Notes: generated from the letters alone by a model not told the origin. A stretch of 64,000 nt of DNA from Bdellovibrionales bacterium (GCA_041649025.1 JBAZNY010000001.1:8207-72206), one strand, 5' to 3'; shown: positions 17,525 to 28,004, numbered from the stretch's first letter. A program made the numbers and translations.

Positions 17525-19243
17525 CTATCCCGCAAAAAGAGAAAGATGCTCGGCGATAGGGCCAAGCGCCAGCATGGGGAAATACACCAATCCGCCAAAC
17601 AAAAGGATGACGGCAATAAGCAAGGTGACAAAGAGCGGGCCTTGTGTGGGAAAAGTTCCGGCTGAGGGTGGGGTTATTTTTTTTGCGGCTAAAGATCCGG
17701 CAATAGCGATAGTAGGTATGATAACGCCAAATCGCCCTATGAGAATGACAAAGCCCAGAATAACATTTTGATAAAGTGTATTCGAATTAAAGCCGTTAAA
17801 TGCTGTACCATTGTTGCTTGCGGTAGAGGCATAAGCATAGACCGTTTGAGTAAGTCCATGAGGCCCATCGGCAGTGATAGAAACAGCGCCCGCAGGCGTT
17901 AATAAACTAAGGACACTTAGACAAAGCGTACAAATGGGAACAATAAGTATCACAAGGCCAGCAAGTCTAATTTCATTTACTTCGATCTTCTTGCCCAGAT
18001 ATTCCGGCGTGCGTCCGATCTTCAGACTGGCAATGAAAACGGCAATCATACCATATATCAAAAAACCATATCGTCCGTATCCAACCCCGCCGTATATAAC
18101 TTCACCAAACAGCATATTGAGAAGGGGAACAATCGCGCCAAGCGGCATGTAACTGTCAAGTGTTGAATTGACAGAGCCTTGCGTTGTCGACGTCGTTGCC
18201 ACGGACCATAAGGCGGAATTAAAAATACCAAAACGAACTTCTTTTCCTTCCATATTACCGCCTGAGTTAATGTCAGTGATAGTTTGATCGACATTAAGTG
18301 TTTCCAAAATTGGATGTGGCGTTTGCTCAAAATACATACACAGAGCCACAAGCAGCATGAATAAAAGCGTCATACCAATAAGCAAAGACCATCCTTGCTG
18401 TTTATCTCTCAGCATTTGTGCGAAGGAAAGAACAAGGGCAACCGGAATAACGAGAATAGCGACAATTTGAAAAAAATTAGAGAGCGGCGTCGGATTTTCA
18501 TAAGGGTGCGCAGCATTAGCACTAAAAAATCCGCCCCCATTTGCGCCGAGAATCTTGATAGCAATTTGGCTTGCAACAGGACCCTGCGCGAGGATCTGTT
18601 GTTCGCCCTCTAGGGTTGTGGCATGCACATAAGGAATCAAACTTTGCGGCACGCCCTGCCAGATGAGAAAGAGGGCGAAGATAAGCATCATGGGAAGAAG
18701 AACATAAATTATCGAGCGTGCAACATCGGCGTAAAAATTGCCAAGCACCGGGTTCTCTCTTTGAACAAAGGCACGCGCTATGACAAAAGCAACGCCTAAC
18801 CCAGTAGCGCAGGACAAAAAATTCTGCGATGTCAGTCCGACCATCTGGCTGAAAAAACTGAGCGTGGCTTCTCCGGCATAGGATTGCCAACCAGTATCCG
18901 CCAGATAAGAAAGGGTAATATTAAAAGCCAGAGGCCACGGTAAATCCCCAAAGTTTTGAGGGTTCCAGGGAAGATGCCCTTGATACCGAAGCATCAAATA
19001 CAACGCGATGGCTCCGATGAAATTGAAAAAAAGCAACGAGAAAAGATATTGTTTCCAATTTTGTTGTTGAAAAAATTGTGGTCCGACGACTTTTGTGATC
19101 AAACGTTCGATGGGTGAAAAGGTAAAACCACCACCCGAGGCTTCGGTGGCGAATAATCGCGTAAAGCAATATGCGATGGGCATGGATAAGGCTAGTGTCA
19201 CAAGGACAAACACGAAATATTGGAGCAGCGCATTTCCGATCAT
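17525..19243 (-). CDS. kdpA: K+-transporting ATPase subunit A
   Basis: It is 572 aa and polytopic, with KdpA conserved blocks. Confidence 0.95.
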   Translation of the reverse strand: MIGNALLQYFVFVLVTLALSMPIAYCFTRLFATEASGGGFTFSPIERLITKVVGPQFFQQQNWKQYLFSLLFFNFIGAIALYLMLRYQGHLPWNPQNFGDLPWPLAFNITLSYLADTGWQSYAGEATLSFFSQMVGLTSQNFLSCATGLGVAFVIARAFVQRENPVLGNFYADVARSIIYVLLPMMLIFALFLIWQGVPQSLIPYVHATTLEGEQQILAQGPVASQIAIKILGANGGGFFSANAAHPYENPTPLSNFFQIVAILVIPVALVLSFAQMLRDKQQGWSLLIGMTLLFMLLVALCMYFEQTPHPILETLNVDQTITDINSGGNMEGKEVRFGIFNSALWSVATTSTTQGSVNSTLDSYMPLGAIVPLLNMLFGEVIYGGVGYGRYGFLIYGMIAVFIASLKIGRTPEYLGKKIEVNEIRLAGLVILIVPICTLCLSVLSLLTPAGAVSITADGPHGLTQTVYAYASTASNNGTAFNGFNSNTLYQNVILGFVILIGRFGVIIPTIAIAGSLAAKKITPPSAGTFPTQGPLFVTLLIAVILLFGGLVYFPMLALGPIAEHLSLFAG

Positions 19244-19255
19244 GAAGGGATCTTT

Positions 19256-19351
19256 CTAAAATTTTTCAGGATGAAACAGCGCGTAGCCAAGATAAATCGC
19301 AAGGGCTAACGAAACCAAGCCACCAAGATACATGTCGATACTCACGGGCAT
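19256..19351 (-). CDS. kdpF: KdpF-like small membrane peptide (31 aa), not in the ORF track
   Basis: The reverse-strand peptide is MPVSIDMYLGGLVSLALAIYLGYALFHPEKF*. It ends 12 bp upstream of the kdpA ATG. Its length and the ...LGYL.YAL...E.F pattern resemble E. coli KdpF. Confidence 0.5.
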   Translation of the reverse strand: MPVSIDMYLGGLVSLALAIYLGYALFHPEKF

Positions 19352-19578
19352 CCTCAATGATTTAGGATAAGGGGAAATATTGGGTACGAAGTCCTTAAAA
19401 GCAGGTTAAATAGGGCAAAAGCAAACAGCCGAGCCTGTGTTATTTGGGCTTTTTATATCTTCTGGAAATTGGTTGTTTTCAGGGTGTTAAATTGATTCTC
19501 TAAGATTCTATCTCTTGACCATCTTTATACGGACATACATAGTGATATCCATATTTACCCCAATTAAGGGAGCCCCTC

Positions 19579-21318
19579 ATGAGTGCAGCAAAAAAGGATG
19601 TTTCCAAGGACAAAGTGAAAGGAAAAAACAATCAACATTCGGCACCGAAAACAGATATTGAAATTTCACAGACTGCCTCATTAAAACCAGTTGTTGATCT
19701 TGCTCGTGACAGGCTTGGTATTCCATCCAAGTACGTTCTTCCTTATGGACATTACAAAGCGAAGATTTCTCTGGATTATATTCCCACGCTGAAAAATCGT
19801 CCCAACGGAAAAATGATTTTGGTCACCGCAATCACGCCAACCCCGGCGGGCGAGGGCAAAACCACAACGACCATTGGCTTGAACGACGCTTTGAATCATA
19901 TTGGCAAAAAATCTCTTATTTGCATTCGTGAACCAAGCCTTGGTCCCTGTTTTGGGCAAAAAGGGGGGGCTACGGGTGGTGGATATGCTCAAGTTGCGCC
20001 GATGGAAGACATTAATCTCCATTTTACGGGCGACTTTCATGCCATAGGCACGGCCAACAATCTGTTGGCGGCAATGGTCGATAACCATATATATTGGGGC
20101 AATTCGCTAGGTATAGATGTGAGGCGCATCGCATGGCGCCGAGCGATGGATATGAATGATCGTGCCTTGCGCCACATCGTGCAGTCACTTGGCGGCGCGG
20201 GCAACGGCTATCCTCGCGAAGATGGCTTTGATATCACTGTTGCATCCGAAATCATGGCGATCTTCTGTCTCGCCAGCGATCTTGCAGATCTTCAACGCAG
20301 GCTCGGCAACATCATTGTAGGCCAAACAAAAGATCGCCGTTACGTCCGCGCTAACGAACTGAGTGCCGTTGGATCGATGACGGCTTTGTTGGTAGATGCT
20401 CTACAACCAAATTTGGTTCAAACGCTCGAAAACAATCCTGCGATTATTCATGGCGGCCCGTTTGCCAACATCGCACATGGATGCAACTCTGTTATCGCCA
20501 CTAAGGCTGCGCTAAAGCTCGCTGATTACGTTATCACGGAAGCGGGATTTGGCGCTGACTTAGGGGCAGAGAAGTTCTTCGACATTAAATGCCGTAAAGC
20601 TGGCTTGAAACCCGATTGCACCGTTCTTGTTGCAACAATCAGGGCTTTGAAAATGCACGGCGGAGTGGCTAAGGAAGATTTGAAAACCGAAGATATCAAT
20701 GCCTTAAAGAAAGGTTTTGCCAATCTTGATCGCCATATCTCTAACCTCAAAAAATACGGCGTTCCGGTTGTCGTTTGCATCAATCGATTCAGTTCCGATA
20801 CGGAAGCCGAGATGGAATTGCTTCGCAAGCTAGTTGAAAAGCGCGACGTTCCTTGCGTTCTTTCCGATCATTGGGGGATGGGCGGTTTGGGAGCCGTTGA
20901 TCTTGCTCACGAAGTCGTTCGCACAATTAAGACAAAACCGTCGAAATTCAAGCCGCTATACCCAGATTCGATGTCGTTGGTGGAAAAAATCCGCACTGTT
21001 GCGAAAGAGATATATGGAGCGGTCGATATTACGATTGATGCAGAAGCGCAAAAGAAGCTGGATGAATTTGAAAAAGATGGCTTTGGAAAATTACCAGTCT
21101 GTATTGCCAAAACGCAGTACAGCTTTACAACCGATCCTGCAGTTAAAGGCGCGCCGACTGGGCATATTATTCCTGTGCGAAATGTGAGACTGTCGGCTGG
21201 GGCGGAATTCATCGTCGTTCTTTGCGGAGATATCTTGACGATGCCGGGGCTTCCACGCATTCCCGCCGCAAATAATATTTCCGTAACAACGGATGGAAAA
21301 ATTACGGGGTTGTTCTAA
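19579..21318 (+). CDS. fhs: Formate--tetrahydrofolate ligase
   Basis: ...[20 protein letters not shown]... P-loop and FTHFS blocks; 579 aa. Confidence 0.95.
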   Translation: MSAAKKDVSKDKVKGKNNQHSAPKTDIEISQTASLKPVVDLARDRLGIPSKYVLPYGHYKAKISLDYIPTLKNRPNGKMILVTAITPTPAGEGKTTTTIGLNDALNHIGKKSLICIREPSLGPCFGQKGGATGGGYAQVAPMEDINLHFTGDFHAIGTANNLLAAMVDNHIYWGNSLGIDVRRIAWRRAMDMNDRALRHIVQSLGGAGNGYPREDGFDITVASEIMAIFCLASDLADLQRRLGNIIVGQTKDRRYVRANELSAVGSMTALLVDALQPNLVQTLENNPAIIHGGPFANIAHGCNSVIATKAALKLADYVITEAGFGADLGAEKFFDIKCRKAGLKPDCTVLVATIRALKMHGGVAKEDLKTEDINALKKGFANLDRHISNLKKYGVPVVVCINRFSSDTEAEMELLRKLVEKRDVPCVLSDHWGMGGLGAVDLAHEVVRTIKTKPSKFKPLYPDSMSLVEKIRTVAKEIYGAVDITIDAEAQKKLDEFEKDGFGKLPVCIAKTQYSFTTDPAVKGAPTGHIIPVRNVRLSAGAEFIVVLCGDILTMPGLPRIPAANNISVTTDGKITGLF

Positions 21319-21364
21319 AATGCAGCACTACACTCGGCGTTGCGTCAAAAAACGCAGGGAAAAC

Positions 21365-22156
21365 CTATAATTTTCTTATCTGCATTTTGATCGGCCCTTC
21401 GGCGCGGCCGTGGATGAATTGATCGACGTATGGATTGCCGGAGTTATCAATATCTTTTTTGCTTCCCTGCCAGATAATGCGGCCTTCATATATCATCGCG
21501 ATGCGGTCTGAGATTTTTCGCGCGCTCGCCATGTCGTGCGTGATTGAAAGTGCCGTAGCCCCAAGTTCGCGAACGCATTTAACGATCAGTTCGTTGATGA
21601 CATCGGCCATAATGGGATCGAGGCCCGTCGTTGGTTCGTCAAAGAAAATAATTTCAGGTCTTGAGGCAATGGCGCGCGCCAGCGCAACGCGTTTTTGCAT
21701 GCCGCCGGAAAGCTCAGCCGGATAAAGATTTGCGATGTCCGGAGCAAGACCGACAGAGGCTAATGTTTCAATGGCGCGTTCTTTAGCTTCTTTTCTTGAG
21801 AGTCTGGGCGTTTGGATAAGCTTGAAAGCCACATTTCTCCAAACCGGCAATGAGTCAAAAAGTGCCGAGCCTTGAAACAACATGCCGAACTTTGTCTGGT
21901 GGGCATCGAGGGCGCTGCGTCTTAAATTAGTGACGTCCTGCCCATCGACTTTGATCGTTCCTTTATCGATGTCCATTAATCCCAGTATGCATTTAAGCAT
22001 AACAGATTTACCGGATCCTGACCCGCCGATGATGACAACGGATTCACCTTTCCCGACGGATAAATCAACACCGCGCAGGACGTGATTCTTGTTGAAGGAT
22101 TTTGTAACGCCGGAAAGCTCTATTTTAGGAATATCTGTCATTTTATTTTCCGGCAA
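21365..22156 (-). CDS. mlaF: ABC transporter ATP-binding protein, MlaF-like
   Basis: Walker A GGSGSGKS, signature LSGGMQKRVALARA and Walker B IIFFDEPTTGLD. It is 263 aa and is paired with a MlaE-type permease. Confidence 0.85.
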   Translation of the reverse strand: MPENKMTDIPKIELSGVTKSFNKNHVLRGVDLSVGKGESVVIIGGSGSGKSVMLKCILGLMDIDKGTIKVDGQDVTNLRRSALDAHQTKFGMLFQGSALFDSLPVWRNVAFKLIQTPRLSRKEAKERAIETLASVGLAPDIANLYPAELSGGMQKRVALARAIASRPEIIFFDEPTTGLDPIMADVINELIVKCVRELGATALSITHDMASARKISDRIAMIYEGRIIWQGSKKDIDNSGNPYVDQFIHGRAEGPIKMQIRKL

Positions 22157-22919
22157 AGAACAGGCCGGTCAGCAAATAGTTGACCACAAGGATAAGGATG
22201 GATGCGGAAACAACGGCATTGGTAGTCGCCTTGCCCACGCCCTGCGCTCCGCCTTTAGAATTAAATCCGTGATAGCATCCCATCAGCGTAATAATAAAGC
22301 CGAAGGTTGCAGCTTTCCATAGGCCCGAGGTGACGTCTCTAAATTCGAGATACTGCCAAGTCTGCGAAATATAGTTTGCGGCATTAAACCCTAAATCATA
22401 GACGCTGACCACGAAGCCGCCGAAGACACCGATAATGTCGCCAATTAAGACAAGAAGAGGCAACATGAGTGTTCCCGCAATCAACCGGGGAGCAATCAAA
22501 TATTTATACGGGTTTGTTGAAAGCGTAGACAACGCGTCGATTTGTTCTGTCACCCGCATCGTCCCTAATTCGGCAGCAATGGATGCGCCTATCCGCCCCG
22601 CGACCATCAGACCCGCCATAACCGGCCCCAATTCGCGCGTGATGGAGAGTACGACGACGGTCGGGATCGCACTTTCGGCGTCAAACCGGGAAAAGCCTGT
22701 GTGGCTTTGCAGTGCAAGAACCATACCCGTGAACAGGGTTGTTAATCCCACAACGGGAAGGGAGTAATAACCAATGTCAAGAAACTGTTTTAATGTCTGA
22801 CGAAGATAAAAAGGCGGCAAAAAACAATGTCTAACGCTGCGAATCGCAAATTGCGACAAACGGCCTACAACCGACAAAAAATCAAGGAGAGTACGTCCAA
22901 TAAGAGCAAGGGGATTCAT
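22143..22919 (-). CDS. mlaE: ABC transporter permease, MlaE-like
   Basis: It is 258 aa with the MlaE topology and blocks, and overlaps mlaF by 14 bp. Confidence 0.85.
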   Translation of the reverse strand: MNPLALIGRTLLDFLSVVGRLSQFAIRSVRHCFLPPFYLRQTLKQFLDIGYYSLPVVGLTTLFTGMVLALQSHTGFSRFDAESAIPTVVVLSITRELGPVMAGLMVAGRIGASIAAELGTMRVTEQIDALSTLSTNPYKYLIAPRLIAGTLMLPLLVLIGDIIGVFGGFVVSVYDLGFNAANYISQTWQYLEFRDVTSGLWKAATFGFIITLMGCYHGFNSKGGAQGVGKATTNAVVSASILILVVNYLLTGLFFAGK

Positions 22920-23028
22920 GCGGAGATATGGCCTTTATGCGCTATAAACGAGGCAAACCCTATCGAAGGGGCTGTCCCAAGTCAAAGAAATTGATAGGGG
23001 ATTGATGTAACCCCATGATGTCGCTATA

Positions 23029-23048
23029 ATCCACATCGTTGTGGATAA
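23029..23048. promoter_or_regulatory. Perfect 7-4-7 palindrome ATCCACA-TCGT-TGTGGAT containing the DnaA-box-like 9-mer TGTGGATAA
   Basis: The palindrome is visible in the sequence. It lies in the divergent mlaE/ompA-like intergenic region, about 40 bp upstream of the ompA-like ATG. Confidence 0.3.
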
Positions 23049-23083
23049 CCTCCTTTCCTTCCCCTCTAACAGAAATCGAGAGA

Positions 23084-23620
23084 ATGAAAATGACCCCCTT
23101 TTCAAGCAAGACTGTTGCCCTGGCTGCTGTTATCGCTTTGGGCTCTTTGATGTCCAGTTCGGCTCATGCCGCCATCCTTCATACCGCCGGCGGAGCCGCT
23201 GTCATGACGAAGGACGGATCTGCCGTTCTTGTTGATGAAAACTTTGACATATGCGATGGGCGAATTTATGCCGACGAGAACGTTGTGTTCTTTGACTTCA
23301 ACAAGAGTGGATTGACGAAGCAATACAAAGACCAGCTTCGTCATTTGGCTTCAAACCTTCGAGCCGGTAATGGCAAAACCATTTCGATTGTTGGTTATGC
23401 CGATCGCATTGGCAATGCGGCCAATAACGAGAAGTTGGCATTAAATCGTGCCAAGAATGTCAGAGATTTCTTGGTTGCCAAAGGCGTGAAGGCCAAGAAG
23501 ATTGAAGTTCGTTCGCTTGGTGATTCCTCACCACAAACGGACTGCCCTGCTGATTTGTCTCGTGCCAGTATGATTTCTTGCTTGAGCGCGGATCGTCGTG
23601 TCGAGGTTGAAGTCAAGTAA
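23084..23620 (+). CDS. OmpA-family peptidoglycan-binding protein (secreted)
   Basis: A signal peptide (MKMTPFSSKTVALAAVIALGSLMSSSAHA) is followed by an OmpA_C block (...FDFNKSGLT......ISIVGYADRIGNAANNEKLALNRAKNVRDFL...). AGAGA precedes the ATG. Confidence 0.8.
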   Translation: MKMTPFSSKTVALAAVIALGSLMSSSAHAAILHTAGGAAVMTKDGSAVLVDENFDICDGRIYADENVVFFDFNKSGLTKQYKDQLRHLASNLRAGNGKTISIVGYADRIGNAANNEKLALNRAKNVRDFLVAKGVKAKKIEVRSLGDSSPQTDCPADLSRASMISCLSADRRVEVEVK

Positions 23621-23644
23621 CGAACAGCGAGGATTGGATTTCAG

Positions 23645-23700
23645 GGGGCGAAGGCCATGAGACGCATGTTTCTGGTCTTCGCCCCTTGACCTTTGTTTGT
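23645..23700 (+). terminator. Putative rho-independent terminator after the ompA-like gene
   Basis: GGGGCGAAG ... CTTCGCCCC is a perfect 9-bp stem with a long loop, followed by TTGACCTTTGTTTGT. Confidence 0.4.
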
Positions 23701-23776
23701 ATCTAAAGTGTATGTTTTTGGGCACTGGACAGGATGAGAATGTTCTATGCTTTTTGACTGTAATGGAGAGGATTAT

Positions 23777-24157
23777 ATGATTGATCTTACAAGTATTTTT
23801 GTTTCCTCAGCATTGGCGCAGGATGCTGTTTCCTTGGGGGCAGAGGATACTCAGTCGGCGATGATGAATTACCTTCCGTTTATCCTTATTTTCGGTGTTT
23901 TCTATTTTTTGGTTATTCGTCCGCAGCAAAAGAAACTTGCTGATCAGGAAAAAATGATCAAAGCCTTGCAACGCGGGGAGCGCGTTGTGACGTCAGGGGG
24001 AATCCACGGCAAAATTGCTAAAATAGATGGTGAGGGGCAGTTGATGCTTGAGATCGCTGAGGGCGTGCAGATCAAGATTGATCGCGATAACATAGCCGCT
24101 CTGGAACCTAAGCCGCAGTTGGCCGTTGTTTCAGCAAATGAGGGCGAGAAAAAATAA
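23777..24157 (+). CDS. yajC: Preprotein translocase subunit YajC
   Basis: ...LPFILIFGVFYFLVIRPQQKK...GDEV.TSGGI.GKI... is the YajC signature. A GGAGAGG RBS precedes the Met at 23777. Confidence 0.85.
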   Translation: MIDLTSIFVSSALAQDAVSLGAEDTQSAMMNYLPFILIFGVFYFLVIRPQQKKLADQEKMIKALQRGERVVTSGGIHGKIAKIDGEGQLMLEIAEGVQIKIDRDNIAALEPKPQLAVVSANEGEKK

Positions 24158-25722
24158 TGGTTTATCTGGAACGCTGGAAAGTCATCCTTGTCGTTGCTAT
24201 ATGCGCGATTGGTCTTTTGTATTCAGCACCAAATTTGTTAGGTCGCGAACGTGCGGCGTGGTTGCAAGAACATACGCCATCTTTTTTTCCCAATCAGACT
24301 GTAAATTTAGGGCTAGATTTGCGGGGTGGGTCGCACCTTTTGTTGGAGGTTGAAGTAGACAGCGCGATCGAAGAACGCACGCAAATTATTGTCGATCAGG
24401 TGCGCGCATCATTACGCGCCGCAAAACCGACAATTGGTTATACAAATCTTGGCATTACGGCGGGCTCGGTGCATTTCAAGCTAACGAATATTTCTCAGGG
24501 CGATGAAGCAAAAAAAGCCATTAGAGAAATGGATCGTAATTTGGATATTACTACTAAGGAAGGCGAGTTTTCTTTGCGTATGACCGACGCCTACGTTGCT
24601 GAGCGTAAGCGCTTGGCAATGGACCAATCGGTCGAAATTGTTCGTCGGCGTATCGATGAAACAGGCACGCGGGAACCATCTATCCAACGCCAAGGCGACA
24701 ATCGTATTTTGGTGCAATTACCTGGTGTTGATGATCCAGAACGCATCAAAAATTTATTGGGACAGACGGCAAAATTGACGTTTCGTCTTGTCGATGAAAC
24801 GGCCAATCCTTCGGATTTGCGTGCGCCTCCGGGCGAAGAAATTCTACCTTCGACGGAAGATAATCGAAACTATGTTGTTCAAAAGCGCGTGATGGTTTCC
24901 GGCGATACGCTGGTTGATGCTCAACCGTCTTTTCAGGATGGAATGCCCGTTGTGAGCTTTAAATTTGATTCCATTGGCGGTCGTCGCTTTGGTGAGGCAA
25001 CACGAACCAACGTTGGACACTTATTCGCCATTGTTCTTGATAATAAAGTCATAAGTGCACCGGTTATTCGAGAAGCAATCATGGGTGGGAGTGGCGTTAT
25101 TTCCGGCCATTTTACGACACAGTCGGCGCAAGACCTTGCTTTGCTTCTTAGAGCGGGCGCATTGCCTGCGCCAATTAAGGTATTGGAAGAACGAACCGTT
25201 GGCCCAGGATTAGGCGCGGATTCAATAAGCGCCAGCACAACGGCTTGTCTTATCGGAATTGTTCTGGTTGTTGTCTTTTTTGTTTTTGCCTATGGCTTGT
25301 TCGGGATTTTTGCCAATATCGCTTTGATGTTTAACATCGCGCTGATTTTTGCAGTTTTATCAATTCTTCAGGCGACTCTTACTTTACCAGGAATTGCGGG
25401 AATTGTGCTGACGATAGGCATGGCTTTCGATGCGAATGTTCTTGTGTTTGAGCGTATCCGCGAAGAAATTCGGCTTGGTCGATCTGTTATCGGTTCGATT
25501 GATGCAGGATTCAGAAATGCTTTGTCGGCGATTATGGATTCAAATCTAACAACTTTAATAGCCGCCTTTCTCTTGTACATCTATGGTTCTGGCCCTGTTA
25601 AAGGCTTTGCCGTGACGCTTTCCATCGGCATTCTCACATCGGTATTTTCGGCACTCATGGTCACGCGCTTAATTATCGTTTGGTGGTTGAAAACAGCCAA
25701 ACCAAAGACGATTCCCCTCTAA
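24157..25722 (+). CDS. secD: Protein translocase subunit SecD
   Basis: It is 521 aa with the SecD periplasmic domain and a C-terminal six-TM bundle (...LGLDLRGG..., ...GPGLGADSI...). Its start overlaps the yajC stop. Confidence 0.9.
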   Translation: MVYLERWKVILVVAICAIGLLYSAPNLLGRERAAWLQEHTPSFFPNQTVNLGLDLRGGSHLLLEVEVDSAIEERTQIIVDQVRASLRAAKPTIGYTNLGITAGSVHFKLTNISQGDEAKKAIREMDRNLDITTKEGEFSLRMTDAYVAERKRLAMDQSVEIVRRRIDETGTREPSIQRQGDNRILVQLPGVDDPERIKNLLGQTAKLTFRLVDETANPSDLRAPPGEEILPSTEDNRNYVVQKRVMVSGDTLVDAQPSFQDGMPVVSFKFDSIGGRRFGEATRTNVGHLFAIVLDNKVISAPVIREAIMGGSGVISGHFTTQSAQDLALLLRAGALPAPIKVLEERTVGPGLGADSISASTTACLIGIVLVVVFFVFAYGLFGIFANIALMFNIALIFAVLSILQATLTLPGIAGIVLTIGMAFDANVLVFERIREEIRLGRSVIGSIDAGFRNALSAIMDSNLTTLIAAFLLYIYGSGPVKGFAVTLSIGILTSVFSALMVTRLIIVWWLKTAKPKTIPL

Positions 25723-28004
25723 CGACGCCATTTTTTTAAAACTGCAGCGATTTGCTCCTGTTTAAAAGGCTTGCCGATATGGTCATCCATGCCGATCGCA
25801 AGACAACGTTCTTTATCCCCTGCCATTGCGTCTGCAGTTAATGCGACGATAACAGTATGTTTGTTGGTTGCTTTTTCAGCCGCTCTAATCCGACGCGTTG
25901 CTTCAAAGCCATCTACTTCCGGCATATGGCAATCCATGAAAACAACATCATAATTGTTCATCTTCACCATCTCTGCGGCTTCGTCCCCATTTATGGCTGT
26001 ATCGACACTACAGCCGAATTTGTCTAAAACTTTTGTCATAAGCATACGATTGAAGGATAGATCCTCAGCAACAAGAGTTCGCATGCCCATTAAAGAATGT
26101 ATAAGCTCTTGCGATTTATCACTGGAGCTGTCTTGCAGCATTTTTATAATAGTATGTCGGGTTACAACAGTGGATGGAGTGTTGTTTTGTCTATCATTTA
26201 GAAGAACCTTCAAGATGCCTTCTAAGTGAACTGGGAAGAATGGTTTTACCAAAAAACCAGAAATTCCGTGTCGCGCCATATTTTCTAGCGACGTTAAGCG
26301 CCCATAAGCCGTCAACATAACAACAAGGGGCGATGCTGCGTTTTCTCTATTTGTGATCCATTTACAGAGATCTAGCCCACTATCGTTGCCGAGTTTGTAA
26401 TCAAGAATAACAAAAGTATATGGATCGTTTGCTTGAATGGAGGTGAGAGTTTTTTGTTTTGCTTCTTCTACCGTTGCAGCCGTGTCACAGTGTAACAACA
26501 TATTTTTTTCAAGACATTTTTTTATAATTGTCGTGCTGGTTTCGTAATCATCTATAATTAAAGCCCGATGTCCTTTTAAAACGACATGGGGCATCGTAAT
26601 TATTTCTTGTTCAATTTTTCCGCGTTTGACGTGGATGTCGTAGAAGAAAGTCGCCCCCGTTCCTTCTTCGCTTGAGACGTTTAGCTTTCCACCCATGAGG
26701 ACGACAAGCTCCCGTGCTATTGTCAATCCTAATCCGGAGCCCCCAAAGCGGCGCGTTATTGATTCTTCACCTTGAGCGAACTTTTCAAAAATGTGTTCCA
26801 ACTTGTTCTGAGGAATGCCGATACCTGTATCTTGGACGCTTATGTTTAGCGTAAGGAACTCTTCGCTGATGTATCCTACGGCAATTTGAATCAGCACGTG
26901 TCCCGTTGAAGTAAATTTAATGGCATTGCCGACAAGGTTGTACAAAATTTGTTTAAATCGCCCCGGATCGCCAATAATATATGGAGGAACATCGGCAGAA
27001 ATATCGACCAAGATTTCAAGTCGTTTTTCGCGAGCTTTGATCGAAAGGCCGTCTGTCACGTCGGCGATGATGGCGCAAAGATCAAAATTAATTGCTTCGA
27101 GCCGAAGCTTTCCATCCTCAATCTTTGAAAAATCAAGAATGTCGTTGATGAGGGCAAGCAGATTTTCTCCTGATTGGTAGATAATTTTTCCCCAAGTTAA
27201 TTGTTCCTCCTTGAGATCGGTATCAAGCAGCAATTGTGACATGCCAATAATGGCATTCATTGGTGTGCGTATTTCATGGCTCATGGTGGAAAGAAAATCG
27301 TTTTTTGCCTGATTGGCGGCTTCAGCGGCCTCTTTCGCTTTTTTCAGTTCGGCGATGGGTTTGGAGATAGTTCTGCCCAGGTAAAATGCGATCAAAAACA
27401 GAAGAAAAATGGGAAACGATATTTTAATTCCCCAAGATTTGGCTTGTTTAAGAAAGGCATCGTCAATGTCATCAACATAATCACCGCTCGCAATCACCCA
27501 ATTCCAAGGTTTGTATAAAACGGAATAAACAATTTTGGGAAACGCCTTTGTTCCTTCCGGTTTTGGCCAATAGTAAGAGGTGTATCCACCACCGTTGAGA
27601 CTTGTTTCAATAATTTCCCGGAAAAAAAATTTTCCATTGATGTCTTTATTATCTATAAATTTTTTTCCTACTAGCGAAGGCGTTACCCCATGAAAAACCA
27701 TAAAGCCCTCAGGTGGGACGAGCGCATACATGTATCCATTTGTGCCATAGCGCACGGTTTCAGCGACTTTTATTGCGTATTCACGTGCAGCGGCATCGGA
27801 AAAGACACCTTTCTCTGCCATCTGGTGATAAAAATCTATCGTGCTGACCGTAGTCTCAACAAGCTGGCGAATAGCGATTTTGCGTTCCTCCAGCATTGTT
27901 TTTTTCAAAACCACTAAATTGAGCGCAAGAAGAGACAAAAGAAGAATTGCGCAAAGGCTGGCTAGAGTGATCAGTTTTGGGTATATATTAATGGCCTTCT
28001 TCAT
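25719..28004 (-). CDS. Hybrid sensor histidine kinase/response regulator with a periplasmic Cache-like sensor
   Basis: It has an N-terminal TM helix, a Cache-like block (...YVDDIDDAF...), a second TM helix, the H-box HEIRTPMNAIIGMSQLL, HATPase (GLGLTIAREL) and two receiver domains (...VFMDCHMPEVDGFEATRRIR...). Confidence 0.85.
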   Translation of the reverse strand: MKKAINIYPKLITLASLCAILLLSLLALNLVVLKKTMLEERKIAIRQLVETTVSTIDFYHQMAEKGVFSDAAAREYAIKVAETVRYGTNGYMYALVPPEGFMVFHGVTPSLVGKKFIDNKDINGKFFFREIIETSLNGGGYTSYYWPKPEGTKAFPKIVYSVLYKPWNWVIASGDYVDDIDDAFLKQAKSWGIKISFPIFLLFLIAFYLGRTISKPIAELKKAKEAAEAANQAKNDFLSTMSHEIRTPMNAIIGMSQLLLDTDLKEEQLTWGKIIYQSGENLLALINDILDFSKIEDGKLRLEAINFDLCAIIADVTDGLSIKAREKRLEILVDISADVPPYIIGDPGRFKQILYNLVGNAIKFTSTGHVLIQIAVGYISEEFLTLNISVQDTGIGIPQNKLEHIFEKFAQGEESITRRFGGSGLGLTIARELVVLMGGKLNVSSEEGTGATFFYDIHVKRGKIEQEIITMPHVVLKGHRALIIDDYETSTTIIKKCLEKNMLLHCDTAATVEEAKQKTLTSIQANDPYTFVILDYKLGNDSGLDLCKWITNRENAASPLVVMLTAYGRLTSLENMARHGISGFLVKPFFPVHLEGILKVLLNDRQNNTPSTVVTRHTIIKMLQDSSSDKSQELIHSLMGMRTLVAEDLSFNRMLMTKVLDKFGCSVDTAINGDEAAEMVKMNNYDVVFMDCHMPEVDGFEATRRIRAAEKATNKHTVIVALTADAMAGDKERCLAIGMDDHIGKPFKQEQIAAVLKKWRR

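Noticed and set aside
19352-19578. ZTP or THF riboswitch upstream of fhs
   Set aside because: No GGGUCGUGACUGGCG/CCGGGCGGA-type conserved cores or pseudoknot partners are visible. The region is the kdpF/fhs divergent promoter.
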